DNA of 64,000 bases. Source: Antedon mediterranea. Taxonomy: Eukaryota > Animalia > Echinodermata. Location: contig NC_092676.1 in the NCBI RefSeq assembly GCF_964355755.1, positions 2,671,788 through 2,735,787 of the forward strand. The letters run 5' to 3'. Below the pieces are notes generated by a model. That model ran no database searches, was not told the origin of the DNA, and saw only the letters and a program-made list of their open reading frames with translations. The position numbers were made by a program, and so were the translations under genes. Positions 12,294 through 25,054 of this stretch are shown in pieces (within the stretch, counting starts at the first letter, position 1; every line of letters starts with the position of its first letter).

Positions 12294-14533
12294 ACAATAA
12301 ACAAACTCTCATTCAAAATATAAAAAACAAAGTATAATAAAAACAATGTAATACAAATACAATAATAGGGGTATTGTTTTTTTTTTCAATAATCTTTTTT
12401 CCGTTAAGGTGACTTTAAACCACCTAAGAATAGAAAGCTTGAAAAAATTTGTTTAAAAAGTAAAAAATAGGAATAATGCACAACCTAAGATTAGAACTTA
12501 GACTCTTCATCTTGATATGCAGATGCCCTACCATTAGACCACTATAAGAATATCATTGTACAACTAATTTCGTAAAATCTAAAAGATTGTAAGGAGTAGA
12601 ACAATAAAGCTTTTATCTTTAGAAAAAAATTATTGTCAACTATCAAACAATAGATGCATTGTTGTATGAACAATTTATTATCTTTGACAATACAGGAAAT
12701 TAGTTTTTCAATAGCCCTCTGATGTGATTTAAGAGACTTGGTAAACCTTTTTTGAAAATCCTACTTTGTTCCTCCCGCCGCCTCTGTGTCAGCATGTCAT
12801 ATTATTGTATTGTTCTAGAACACCTTAGCAGAGCCCCCAAGGATACCTGTACACATCTGAAGTTGCTCTCCTATCATCTGTGTATTATTTAAGCAGCAAC
12901 CTTGGGGCAAAATACAGGCTATTTACAACATTCCTGTTCGCATTCTTCAGATAATCACTTTCATATGGGGTAACAATAACTTGCTGTGTTAGCATTGTGT
13001 GCTTGCGCATAAGACCCAATTATTGTGGCTTACCAACTGGCTGGATGCCTGGCCATACAAGGTAATCAAGAAAGGTGGGCAGGGCCTATGTTCTTCTTCT
13101 ATTGAATCTTAAATGAGGTGAAATTTAGCTGTTGTATTAAACCACTGTCACATTAGTATCTGGATGTTAAAAATTAAATGTTGTAGTTGGCCAGGCTGTA
13201 ATTGGTCTCCCACTCAGGGACTTAATTAAAGCAACGGGTCATTAATTTTCCACATCCCTAGGCTATCGCTCCGTTTCTACTCTGTTGTTTTTCACGTATA
13301 ATGGTCTTTTGTTAATTACACAGTATAATAAGGATGGCAAAGCACTATCTCTTGTCGGGTGTACAGTTTTGTATGCTTTGCTTGTGTTGCCTAATTCGTT
13401 GTTATTTCTCCTGTGGGTAGGCAGATACCCACTAATCACTGGCACTCCGTTAACCTTGTTTTATAATTAATTTATATAATTGCACAATCGATTCAACTTG
13501 AAATATTGTTTAGTTCAAAAAGCTATTTATTTTTGGTAGCAGATCTTCTTGGCAATGATGATTTCTGATGGCCTGTCATTCACTTGATTGAATACCGTAT
13601 TATGGACGCAACCCGTTAAATCCTGACCTCAAATTGATTGATATCATTAAAAATTAATTTTATCTGCATATAAATTCATACTTAATTGTTTATGATTTTC
13701 TTTGTTATACTATAATCATACATTATGCAAATATCATTTTATCTATCAAAATTAATATTTGATAGTATAATTCATTTTAAACAATGTTTTCTTTCATATT
13801 TGACAGGCATAGATAAACTCATATTTTATCTTATTTCTCCATGTTAAAATAAAAAAAAAAAAAAAAATTAATCCATTCGCCTTAAGAAACTTCTGTTATT
13901 TCCGAGTTTAACCCTTTTTCTATAAAATGTATAATTTAAAATGGATAAATATGCTGTATATATTATAAATATTAGTAATTATTTTTATTATTCAAAATGT
14001 TAGTTTTTTAATAGAAAAGCTACAGCAGTTTTATTTCCTCATTTTATGATCACCAAATTAACCTATAAAAGTTGTTTTGTCCTTTTTTTTTTGTTCTTTT
14101 TGATTGGGTTGCGTGCCCGACAGATATACCTGTTCATGCCTCGTGACTTGGAAAATTGGTGCATAGGAATCTATCACCGTTGTCATACAATAATTATTTA
14201 TTCTACCTAATAATCAAAAAGCTGATATAATACATCCACATACCAGCTATTGTGCATAGTTAGACCTGAATGATTGCACTGAACAATGAATGTTTTCCTT
14301 TGTATTTTCCTATTCATTTACAACAAAAGAGTCTTGTTAAATGGAATTTTGTAGTGGGGCCTAGCTTTAGGACTTTTATTTATTTCAAGAGGTTCTTTTA
14401 TTGTTTAGTATTTCATTGTACTTTTCGGATTACAAGACTTTTTATAGTTCTTGACAATGACAACTATACTTTATGCAGATGAACGCTGTTTTATTTTGTA
14501 ATAAATATATAATTCATAGTTACAATCATTGTA

Positions 14534-14900
14534 CAGTTAGATCCCATTGAGGGACACATTAAGGACTCGAAAAGGGTCCCCTTAATAGAGGTATCTTTTA
14601 ATAATAATAATAATAACATTTATTTCCACAAATAATAAAACAAAATACAGAGTAACATAATAAATATACAACCGATAATGAACATAATTAATATATAATG
14701 CAAGAAAAGAAATATATAAGTGGAAAAGGGACGCCACAGCAAGCAAGTTTTAAATTGTGCGCCCCTCTAAATTTAGCGAAACAACTAGAATCTGAATAGG
14801 GGTTGGCTGGCTGTAGTGTTAAAACATAATATGTTTCCCCTTGTCCTTTCATAGGAAAATGTCTCTTTAATAGGATGTCCCTTAATAATAGCACTGTCTC
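14534..14900. mobile_element. Degenerate Tigger/pogo-like MITE with an inserted minus-strand LINE-like tail (~14600-14770)
   Basis: TA|CAGTTAGATCCC start; GTCCCCTTAATAGAGG motifs; GGTTGGCTGTAGTGTTAAAA shared with 56517-56538. Confidence 0.55.
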
Positions 14901-15695
14901 TGAGAATTATCTATTTTCTCTTCCCCCATTGTCTTTAAATTCAAACTACTTCGTATTTATATAAACTGTTGTTTTTTGCTACTTTTCTGTCAGTCAGATA
15001 TTGATAAAAAACAAGAATACTGGCCCATTATTCTTCATAATCCGAGGCGTATCCTTCGGGAATTTGATTGATTTAATCATGACGACGTAGGTGATTGAAA
15101 AATACATTGTTCGATGTTTCAGTGACCTGAAAAGGATAAAATTAGACAGATAAAGTGATCGATGCCCTTGACACTGTCAGCTATGCTGGAAATGTGTTTG
15201 AAGATATGAAGCATGTCGCATTATTTTGTTGTGTTTTACATAAAATATGTACTAATAACTATTATCATTAGGCTACGAATGATCAGTTTAAAATTTTAAT
15301 ACTATAGAACATTGATGTTCCTACTTAAGGTTATTCTAACAGAAGTCCTCAAAAGTTGAAGGTAAAAATACAACAATTGTACAACTGGGGGAAAACAGTA
15401 CATTCAAGTTCTAAAAATAAAATGTATAGGAAGTTATGTGCTTGGCTAAAAGACCACCTGAGTAAACGACCACCTGTCTAAGGACCACCTATATACAGTA
15501 CATTAGACCACCTGTCTAAAGGACCACTTTATTACTATTTTAACCACATTTTTATTTTATCACTTGTCCTTGAGTTTTTGCTTGAAACAATGACAATCAC
15601 CACATTAACTGAACAGTACCACTAAATTGCATACAGTTCATATTTTACTCATTTTGTAGCAAAACTATCGTCACATCTTAAAATTTGATATGTAA

Positions 15696-15822
15696 AGCTC
15701 TGTCTACACTATCAAACTAGTAGTGATATGCTTAAATATGGCGGTGATATGACATCATCATGTCCATATATGGGCACATCACATTTTTTTGTCACATAAA
15801 GTTTGATAGTGTAGACAGAGCT
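15696..15822 (-). mobile_element. Harbinger-like MITE family A
   Basis: TIRs AGCTCTGTCTACACTATCAAACT / AGTTTGATAGTGTAGACAGAGCT, TWA flanks. Confidence 0.9.
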
Positions 15823-16309
15823 TTAAGTAGTGGCACTACTAGCATGTTGTTAATACTGTGGAGTTGTTAATACTGTGGAATTGCTATTTTGTCCACAACT
15901 ACTGAGTCTGTACTAACTACGTTGATAACATTTGTTTTCCTTTAGTTGGTCATACCTTCTATGCTTTATACAACCTGACCTTCTCGATTGTAGTATAAAT
16001 CGTTTTTGTCTCAATATTCTCTTTTATTTTCAAAATAGAGAAATGATTAATGGGCATAGTATAATGCATGCTATATAAACCAAGGTATTACAAATAGCTA
16101 CAAAGTAGAAATTGCATTTCCAGATACATGTCTGTTTCCTCAAAGAAATAACAAAAAAAGAAGGAAATTCTCATTTTAAATTTTTCCTATTTTTTTTGCA
16201 AACTAATTTAATAGTGTTAAATATGTACATTGGTTGATTATTGATAGTAACTCTTAAACTGTAATTATAATCATTATAATAATTAGTAATCTTTTTTCTC
16301 TGATATTAT

Positions 16310-16895
16310 CAAGTCAAGTCAAGTCAAGTATCATTTATTATCATTTGTTTTAGGAGAAACATAGAAATTCTGTTTGCTCTGTTGGCGGAGCACAATATCC
16401 AACTGACACAACACGAACTCAAAAACAAAAACGTTACAAAAAAAAAGTGTCTACATCATATTTAAGGCTCTAATAGATCCTGGAAAGAAACTATTTGTAA
16501 ATCGTGCCTTATTGGCCTTAATAGAACGAAATCGCCGACCGCTGCGCATCAACTGGAACATACTAGAGGCCGGATGAAATTGATCATCTTTGATAGCCAC
16601 TGCCTTTTTCAGAAGACGATCCGAAAATATGTTCTGCAAAGGCAGTTATGTAGATCCAATTATACGCGATGCGGTCTTGACTATTCTATTTAGGTCACGC
16701 TTTTCATTTTCGGTAGCGCTACCGAACCATACCGTTAAAGAATACGTTATTGCACTCTCTATAACTGACCTATAGAAGGACGACATTATTTCAGAGTTTA
16801 TACCAAATGATTTAAGTCTACGTAGGAAGTATATTCTTCTTTGGGCCTTTCTAATAATGTTACGTGTGTTAATATGCCACTTATTACTGACTCTC
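16310..16895 (-). mobile_element. 5'-truncated Rex1/Babar-type LINE (RT C-terminal region, 3'UTR, (CTTGA)n tail), with an in-frame nonsense codon
   Basis: KAQRRIYFLRRLKSFG...FYRSVIESAITYSLTVWFG...IVKTASRIIG..*LPLQNIF...HPASSMFQLMRSGRRFRSIKA..RFTNSFFP; TAA at 16646-16648 separates two same-frame ORFs; tail GAATTTC...AATAAA(CTTGA)4. Confidence 0.9.
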
Positions 16896-17572
16896 ACTTG
16901 TTCCACAGTATTATTTCAGCTGTTCACTTCTTCCTCTCTTTACTTCATGTTTTCTGATTTTCTTTCCCCCCCCCCCCCTTATAAATATGACTTGGTTATA
17001 CTTTTTCAACACCTGATTCTCTGTACCGCATTTCCACATGTATGACATTTGCTCTATCATATCATTCATAAACAAATTATGTAATAGTGTTATATTAAGC
17101 ATGGTCTATGATACAGGAGTGACATGTGATACATTATGTGACACTGTATCATAGAATTTGCTTTGATACTACTGTACAAATTATTGATACATTATTTGAG
17201 AATTGGCTAATTTCAGCTTGCTAAATCTTCCATTATGTCTATCTAATTTGTTTCCAATCTTTTTCCTTTAAATCACTCTTTTACGTTTCACTCATATCTT
17301 TTCTGCTGTACTATTTTAGAATCCTAGTACAAACAAGAGGATTTTGACACTTGAAATGAAATAATGAACTACTTTTTGATTTTGTGTACAGTTTTTTATT
17401 ACTTTTATTATGTCTTCTTCTGTTTAAAAAATCATAGAACCACCCGAGTACAATCATATTAAATTATTTTTAATATTAAAAAAATATCTTGTTATGACAA
17501 GTTATTTAGACTTTATTAAGATAGCTGTATACTAGTAAAATTAATGATTTTATTTTATTTTCTTTCCTTCAG

Positions 17573-17628
17573 ATCTTCTTGTCGTTGATACAGCAGCTAA
17601 TCTAATGCTTTGGAGAAAACAAATTCAG
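17573..17628 (+). other. Candidate 5'UTR exon of SoxD (56 nt)
   Basis: Long pyrimidine tract ttttattttctttccttcag followed by donor CAG|GTATGT; no transcript evidence. Confidence 0.5.
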
Positions 17629-18209
17629 GTATGTTAAAACTACACGGCCTAATTTATACCGTAGGCACATAGTTTGTATCATTCTCAGTTAATACTTTCC
17701 TCTTTCCATCACTCTTCGCATCCGTCATTTGTGGGACAGATATCCCATCTACTGGCCTCAACGATCATAGTTAATGTAGTTCAATGCGTAGCTTGCTTTA
17801 ACTGCAGGCAAGGTGGTCAGAATTTGACATCTTTAGTAAATTGATGGAAAGATGATATTATTAGATTAAGCAGTTACATTGAAGATATTAAAGATATTTA
17901 AATCTTTTACCTATGCACAACCTAAGATAATGAATATCAGAGAACTGTTACACTCTTCCAGAATTCAGTATCATTCTGCCGAACTCTTGTTGTACAGACT
18001 GAAATACTTGCGTACACTATCATTTTTCATTTTGTATTGCTTTTTATTGAAGTAAGAATATCTTCGTTTTTGTTTTAAATCAGTAATAAAATTTTGAATG
18101 CTGTTGATGTATATATGTTCAGCGAAGAGTCTGGCATGAGCAATGTTAGAATGACAATGTTACGTATCTTTATTGTTGTGTTATAGTTAGGCTAGTTGGA
18201 ACTATTTAA

Positions 18210-18825
18210 AGACCCCTTCCCTGCAATTTTGGACGTTTTATGGAAAATAATACATATATATCACTTTAAAAACATTAAACCTTGTCTTAAATGTACGTTT
18301 TATGGTAAATTATGATAAAAAATGAGAAACAATGCACTACCTAAGTAGCTCGCGGCGATTGACCTCTCGTGGACGGTCTTAGGCCTAGCCTAGCTAGGCT
18401 TAGTTTTGTAGGCCTAGCTGGTAAACATCGGTAACGTACGAACATCGTACGCTAGCTATATACCTAGCCTGACGTTGTATAGTTGCTGCATTAATTGTCT
18501 TTCTATTTTTGCCAGACTCCATTGATACAAATTGGGGAAAACCCCATATTTTCGTTGAAAAGTTAGGAGTCTTCCATTTGTTTTGGCCTCACGATCGATC
18601 GAAAAGTGGGCGAATTACAGGTGAAAAACAAAAATATCAATCCGCGCGCAATGCATTTTGGGATTTATAACGGGCCGCTATAATTATTAGAATCAACTTA
18701 TTTTTCACATTTTTAACCGTTTAAAGACGAAAAAAGTTATCGCAATAGGACCATATAGTATTATTTTTACATTAAATATAGTTTGTAATCTTAAATTAGA
18801 TCTAAAAAACGTAGGGAAGGGGGCT
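18210..18825 (+). mobile_element. Non-autonomous Kolobok-like DNA transposon, copy 1 (616 bp)
   Basis: TTAA on both sides, AG...CT termini, TIR AGACCCCTTCCCTGC / GTAGGGAAGGGGGCT; near-identical copy at 44592-45217. Confidence 0.9.
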
Positions 18826-18836
18826 TTAACTGCTAG

Positions 18837-18890
18837 CTGGTACAGGGTGTATTGGTACAGGGTGTATTGATCCCGGGTGTATTGATCCCT
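18837..18890. repeat. 15-bp tandem repeat (TGGTACAGGGTGTAT), ~3.5 copies
   Basis: Direct repeats visible immediately after the Kolobok-like copy. Confidence 0.8.
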
Positions 18891-19125
18891 ATAATGAAGC
18901 TTACTAGGATTGGTTGCAGGTGGAAGTGTCAGGGCTAAATGTGCAAAAATTGACAATTTAAAAGAGAATTTTAAGAAACAAGGATGCATTTAAAACTGGT
19001 GTTGATTTTATATCAGACAATGCACTTTAAATAGGGGGGTTTTGTTTTAACATTTACCCTCTTCGTTCCCTGAACCCCTTTTCCCTACCCCTAGCTACGG
19101 GCTTCCTAGATACAGTAGCAGACAA

Positions 19126-19227
19126 TAGCGGATCCAGGATTTTGTTGAACTGAAGTTAGTGTCCTATCTTTTGCATTACAATTTGCAAAATTTAGGGAGG
19201 GGGGAACAGCCCCTTGAATCCGCCTAC
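19126..19227. mobile_element. Degenerate hAT-like MITE (GCGGATCCAGG...GAATCCGCC)
   Basis: Terminal motifs shared with 28814-28940 and 29399-29531. Confidence 0.5.
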
Positions 19228-20046
19228 AGTATGGCAGATATAGATAACAGAGATTGTTTCTTTACACCTAGTTTGCTCTCAGTGTAGAATGTATCACCCT
19301 ATTAGAGAATATAACAATTATGGTTGAAAAGAATAAAATTGCTGCGTAATGATCTTGCTATTATTATCCACATCAAAGGATTCAGGTATGGGAATAATAC
19401 AAATTGTTAATTTGTTATTATAGATTACAAATGAAGGCCTTTTAAACATTTCTATAGTGGGTGTATCCATTCATAATATATACGTTTCTTTAACAATGAT
19501 TTATTTAAATACTATTATCTATTTAGTACTTTTCTAAGTACTTGTCAATATCTCTGAAAAAATGGTGGTTTTTAAAATCTTGCCTTTTTGTTCTCTCTCT
19601 GTCTTTTTTACCTTTTTTTTAAATCATGAGCGATCCAAAAGAGCCCCTAATTTTGAAATTTACGATGCAAAAGATAGCATATTTTAGTTTAAACTTCAGA
19701 GCAAAAAAAAAAACTTTGAGAAAAAAAGAAAGGCGTAATAACTTTATACCATATGTTTATAAAAGCTCAGGTTCATATTAAAGTTTAAAATATAAATAAC
19801 TAAAAAGGAAAGAATGTATTTAATATTTATGAACAAATCGACTATTTCTGAATATATCACAATACGATATATGTAAGGGAATATATCCGACAAAACATAG
19901 TTGGGTTAAGTTACTGTTATATAATAAGAAGACATGCCGATACGCTTTATTATTGAAGAGGGACGGGGAAAAAAGAGGAAATTCATAATTTGTCGTATTA
20001 TGATTACAGGTAATTAGGGCACTGCCATCCAAAGTAACTGATTCGC

Positions 20047-20272
20047 ATATTACCCAGGTGGCCTTGAGCTTGTCTACCTGTGATGTCATCAGTTTATTCA
20101 TTTTTGATTGGCTGATACAAGTTTTAGAATATTACCACAATTTTGGAAAGATCAAGAATATGTTGAATATTACCCAGGTGGCCTTGAGCTTGTCTACCTG
20201 TGATGTCATCAGTTTACTCGTTTTAGATTGGCTGATGCAAGTTATTATCACAATCTTTGGAAAGATCCAGGA
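20047..20272. repeat. Tandem duplication, 120 bp period, 2 copies
   Basis: ATATTACCCAGGTGGCCTTGAGCTTGTCTACCTGTGATGTCATCAGTTTA is identical at 20047 and 20167. Confidence 0.95.
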
Positions 20273-21072
20273 GATGAAGAGATTATTATTACTCCATGGT
20301 GTAATTGTGTCCCAGGCTATTGAGTTAAAATACACTTGCTTTTTGTCTGATAGATGATGATAACATTTAGCGTTTGCTGGACACTTAAGGTGACATCTTC
20401 AATTGTGGTTGTATTTTGAAATCTCAAGAGGATCCAAATCCCCAAAAACTTGTAAACATGTTTTTGTCAAAAATTAGATCGTCAAATTAGATGTCAATTC
20501 GATAATGATACCTCATCAAAAAAATTTGAAACAACTTTAATTTAGAGTTTGAACTTGGACTAGTATCGCTTTAAAATTTAAATCTTTTTGTTTTCTCACT
20601 TTGTAAATGTACATAATATAATGAAGGACTTTCGGCCTGCGGTATGAATTGTCATATTTAAATCGAATTTGTATACATATCTGGTTAAATGTTGATCTGA
20701 CTAAGTAAAATAAATTATTGGTATGGATTGAGACAATCCACTGTATAAGTTGTTTTAATGACCAAACAGTATGATTGTGTCACTAAATTCTTCAACTGAA
20801 AACAGTGACAGCAACAACACAAGCTAGCTGAGCAAGAGGGACTGAAGATAGGGAGAATGCATCCTTTGGTTGTGGTTTGTGCCATCAAGAGCTACCTTTC
20901 TCCTTGGCCAGGGTCTTGAGACATCTGGGTTCCTGTCAAGAATATCATTCTTCTTAGGAAGTTTCTTGGGCCATGTTGCCTCTAATAGAGACATACATTC
21001 TGATCATAGTCTTTTCATTTATTCTTAGGCCATAATGTTTCCATTTCAAATATTTTTCTACTTTTTTTTTTT

Positions 21073-21118
21073 AAATGCGCCTTGAGCACTCTGGAGTGGT
21101 ATGTGCGCTATAAAAATC

Positions 21119-21154
<36 letters not shown>
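21073..21154 (+). mobile_element. L2-type LINE/SINE 3' tail with (ATT)n
   Basis: AAATGCGCCTTGAGCAC...GTGCGCTATAAAAAT followed by ~11 ATT repeats, a typical L2-clade terminus. Confidence 0.65.
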
Positions 21155-21155
<1 letters not shown>

Positions 21156-22114
21156 TTTTTATATAGAATAATCCAACAAAATAGGAAGTAATGTATAGAG
21201 GATGTGTAAATAGACACAAAGTGCTGTCTTCCATAAAAAGGAATTGGTATTTCCCAGATTTACCAATTCAGTGTCATTCATTCTCTACTAATGTAAGGTA
21301 TTTCTGATGGTCTGTATTGATGCAGGCCTAAGAATACCTACCTTGAGTTCTCCAATAATTAATGAAATAAAGTTCCACATGTTTAGTCATAATTAAACTG
21401 ACCTTTTCTGTTCATCCTTCTAATTATCAATCCAATGTAATAGTGTTAGTTTGTTAGTGTTAGTTAATGTTAGCTTTCGCAATAGTGTTTAGATTGGTCC
21501 CAATACTTGCTCTTTAAACTGCACTAGTATGCAACGGACACAAATAAATGTCACTTTAACTTTGTGGGCAAATGACGATTCACGATTGTTGGAAAAGCAT
21601 TCATGTGTTGCATTGAGAGTAAATTCGGACTTTAAAGCTACTATGACACAACGCAAGGACGTACACACAAGACAAGTAATTGACCAATCACAATCATCCG
21701 CAATGTGCCCTACATGCGTCCTAGTGAAAACTAAGCAACACGCAAGAAATGAAAACAAAATTTGAGTTTGTTCTCGTTATTTTTAAATTTTATTTTTGGG
21801 AGGTCTGCAAAAATAAATATATGAAACTTGAACCAAGCACCTTGTGTTGACAGGCAAGGTCATACTGTGATTATTTTTTTTTATGAGTATAATATAAGAA
21901 ACCTAATATTTAACAGTGAATTTCCTCATTTTTAAAACACAATGCAAACTGGAAACAATTGTTCAGTTGTTTAGCTGGAATTTTTGTCACAGAGCCAAGT
22001 ACATAACTAATAGGATTGTTGGAAAAAAAACTGGTATCCATTCATTCAATGGGAATTTTTAAAGAGAGTGCAAAGTGTGCTGTAGGAAGTGGACCATCTA
22101 GAAACACTTGTATA

Positions 22115-23047
22115 CCGTATTTTCCGGAGTATAGGTCGACCCCAAGTATAAGTCGACCCCCAACTTTGACCTAGAATATCGTTGATTTTGGTATGACCTG
22201 AATATAAGTCGACCCCCCAAAATCGGCTAATAACACAACTTTAAAGTTCAAAGAAGGCTAGAAACGTATGAAATGTGGTTGTTTGTTTATACAATTATTA
22301 AAGTGTAGGCCTAATCATTATCGGACGGACGTAATCACAACGGCTTCGCCGCCGTCTTCGCCAGCCTGTAATAAATGACAGCGATGTAGCGTTACAGTAC
22401 TTGCCATCAGCGATGTTTTTTCACGTCACTCAAATAAATTAAAACGAGTTTTTCGTTAGGAGGCTTATTAAATTGTACAGGCGAGTAGTTGTAAATCGCG
22501 TTATCTGTAAATGTACACGCGCCGGACTGAGGAGAATTTATTTTATGAATAGACATGCGCAGTAATTGTAATTACGAACAAACAAACAAACTGCGCATGT
22601 GTATAGATGAAAATATCGCGCAATAACAAACATGCTGCATGGACATTCCAACATCGTGTAGTTCGTTTGTGGTGTGTGTTACGATGTTTTCGCGAGTGAA
22701 TACGAAGCATATGAAACACAAACGAAAACTATTTATTCTTAATTATTTTAATAAAAGCGTAATATAAACATCAAAATTAATCTTTGTTATATATTAATAG
22801 TACTTGTACCAGTACTTGTTGGAGTTGTATTATTTTGTACAATGTAGGTATTATTAAATTGAAAACTCCTGTGAGTGATTGATGATAGGCCACTGACCTT
22901 GCTAGGCCTTGACAGCTGACGGCTTTTGAACGAATTTTTTCGGCTTGATTTTTTTCAAAAATCGCATGGTCGGAGTATAAGTCGACCCCCCGATTTTGCA
23001 ATTAAAATTTTCCCACAAAGTCTCGACCTATACTCCGGAAAATACGG
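22115..23047. mobile_element. Non-autonomous Tc1/mariner (Tc2/pogo-like) element, 933 bp
   Basis: Perfect 25-bp TIR CCGTATTTTCCGGAGTATAGGTCGA, TA on both sides, subterminal TATAAGTCGACCCC repeats; no transposase ORF. Confidence 0.92.
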
Positions 23048-23341
23048 TAGTTTATTCTTAGTAATTGTACATTTGTAAAAGGTTTGTGTAAATTCTTTGT
23101 TTTTATTCTTTTGTTTCAAACTGTTGAAAGTTTGGTAAAAGATTCTGGAGTGAAATACAGGATGTTCTGTCAAGATTGGTTTCGAATATTATTAAACTTT
23201 AACAATTGAAGTTGTCATTGACTGTTCAAAAGAAAGGTAATCTGTACTGTTACAACTTTCTACTTCCATTGTGAAGAAAGTCTATGGTTACTATGGCAGG
23301 GTCTTGAAACCAAAGACATCTTAAGTTCAACAGTTTTCTTA

Positions 23342-23496
23342 AGCTCTGTCCACACTATCAAACTTTATGTGACAAAAATGTGATGTGCCCATGAACATGA
23401 TGATGTTATATCACTACCATATTTGGGCATATCACTACCATATTTGGGAACATTGAACTTTTTTTGTAAAACTAGTTTGATAGTGTAGACAGAGCT
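23342..23496 (+). mobile_element. Harbinger-like MITE family A
   Basis: Full TIRs, two internal repeats. Confidence 0.9.
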
Positions 23497-23499
23497 TAA

Positions 23500-24540
23500 C
23501 ACTTTGACTGCCAGAGGTTTTTCCAGTTAGAAACTGCCACCGCCAGCGTTTATAGCCCAATTCGATGTTTTTATTAAAGCTGATTGAAACTATTTATGTG
23601 ATCTGATTTACATGTAATTTAGACTAAAATAATCATAAAGATTTTAGCTTTACAATGGTACCAAGAACGATTTTCAAATCGCAATATGTAAATCGTAATA
23701 GTAAAATGAAAGTAACCCACTTTTTTAGTTTTTCGTAGTTTCGCGCAAGAAAGTCGAGATATTCGCGATTTTGTGCAAGACATCACAATATGAAAATATC
23801 GCCCGGTGAGATCAACAAACAACGAAAAAGTTACTTACACGGCACCGGTAGGCCTATAAAAACAAGTTATCACTATCGAAAAATGTATTACATTTATAAA
23901 TCATAAATCTTACATCAATGTTTCGCCAAAATCCACATAGTAAAGACACCAGGCCTAGGTAACTAGGCCTAAAGTTGGTCCGGAACCGTTTTACGACTAA
24001 GCCTGCTATAGCCTAGTACAACTAGCCTATCTAGTGAACTGATGATAATATTCATACCATTTCTAAACAAGTTTGTTGCGTGAAACTCGGCCACTTACAG
24101 TGAAACACCAAAACAATTGGGGTATACATACAATAATAAAATTGAGACTTCATATTGAAAATTCATCCATTATTTTTTATTCAGATTAAACAAACAAACA
24201 TGCCAATCCACATAAACCTTTGTAATGCTTCGGCGGCATAGCTAGCGCGCGACCGATACACAATGCGCCAAACCATCGCTGTACGCGCTACTGTGATGCG
24301 CGGTGTATGTTATTTCAACAGGTACCATTTTGACAATCGTTCGTAACCAGATTAGTTACTTTCAAAAAGTAAAATGTTAACGGTCCAGACCGAATATAGT
24401 GTCCATATTTATAGTATATACCAATAATTAACCTATCTACCGGATTTCGTAAAAAAACGCGAAAAACGAAAATCTTCGTGTTTGGCAGTCAAGCGTTGTG
24501 TTTCCAAAAACGAATATCTTCGTGTTTGGCAGTCAAAGTG
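23500..24540. mobile_element. Non-autonomous piggyBac-like element, 1041 bp
   Basis: TTAA at 23496-23499 and 24541-24544; TIR CACTTTGACTGCCA / TGGCAGTCAAAGTG; duplicated subterminal ATCTTCGTGTTTGGCAGTCAA at the right end. Confidence 0.9.
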
Positions 24541-24688
24541 TTAAGAAACAAAGTTATAACACAAACCAATTTAAAGATTTATTGTATGCATATTGTACGT
24601 ATAGATCACGTCAATTATACCTATCTAATGTTTATGGTGTCTTATTTATTATATTTTGGGGCTGATATCCACATATACTGAATAAAAT

Positions 24689-25054
24689 GAGCGAGTCAAA
24701 TGGCCGAGCGGTTAAGGCAGGGGCGCCGTTTACCGTACCTAAAGAGCCAACTACTGTACATCAGGCAAGGGTTCGAGGCCGACTCGCTCCTAGTTCTGGT
24801 TGTGGAACAAGTCTTCTCGGATAAGGACTATAAACCATAGGTCCAGTGTACACAGTTATAACCTGTGTGTACTTTAAAGAACCCAGTTCATTATTCGAAA
24901 AGAGTAGGGGAATACCCCGGTGAACTGGTTCACAAAATAGCCCCCGTATCAGGGGGATTACCACCTATCTGATAGGACAGTGATTAATTCACTATTGGTA
25001 ATCCTTGGCCACATTGCCTAAAGACATAAAATAAAATAAAAAAATAAATAAAAT
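24689..25054 (+). mobile_element. tRNA-derived SINE with a Deu/Nin-type central domain
   Basis: A box TGGCCGAGCGG, B box GGTTCGAGG, paired GAGCGAGT/ACTCGCTC; central TCGGATAAGGACTATAAACC..AGGTCC...TTAAAGAACCC...TTCGAAAAGAGTAGGGG...CCCCGGTG resembles the DeuSINE/LF-SINE domain; A-rich tail; possible TSD AATAAAAT. Confidence 0.85.

Noticed and set aside
22115-24540. Transposase genes in the Tc2-like, piggyBac-like and Kolobok-like elements
   Set aside because: No ORF of sufficient length and no DDE/DDD motifs; all are non-autonomous.
24689-24790. tRNA genes (also 26065-26137, 43082-43150, 12489-12544, 25697-25750)
   Set aside because: A/B boxes are present but there is no complete cloverleaf; they are SINE heads or remnants.
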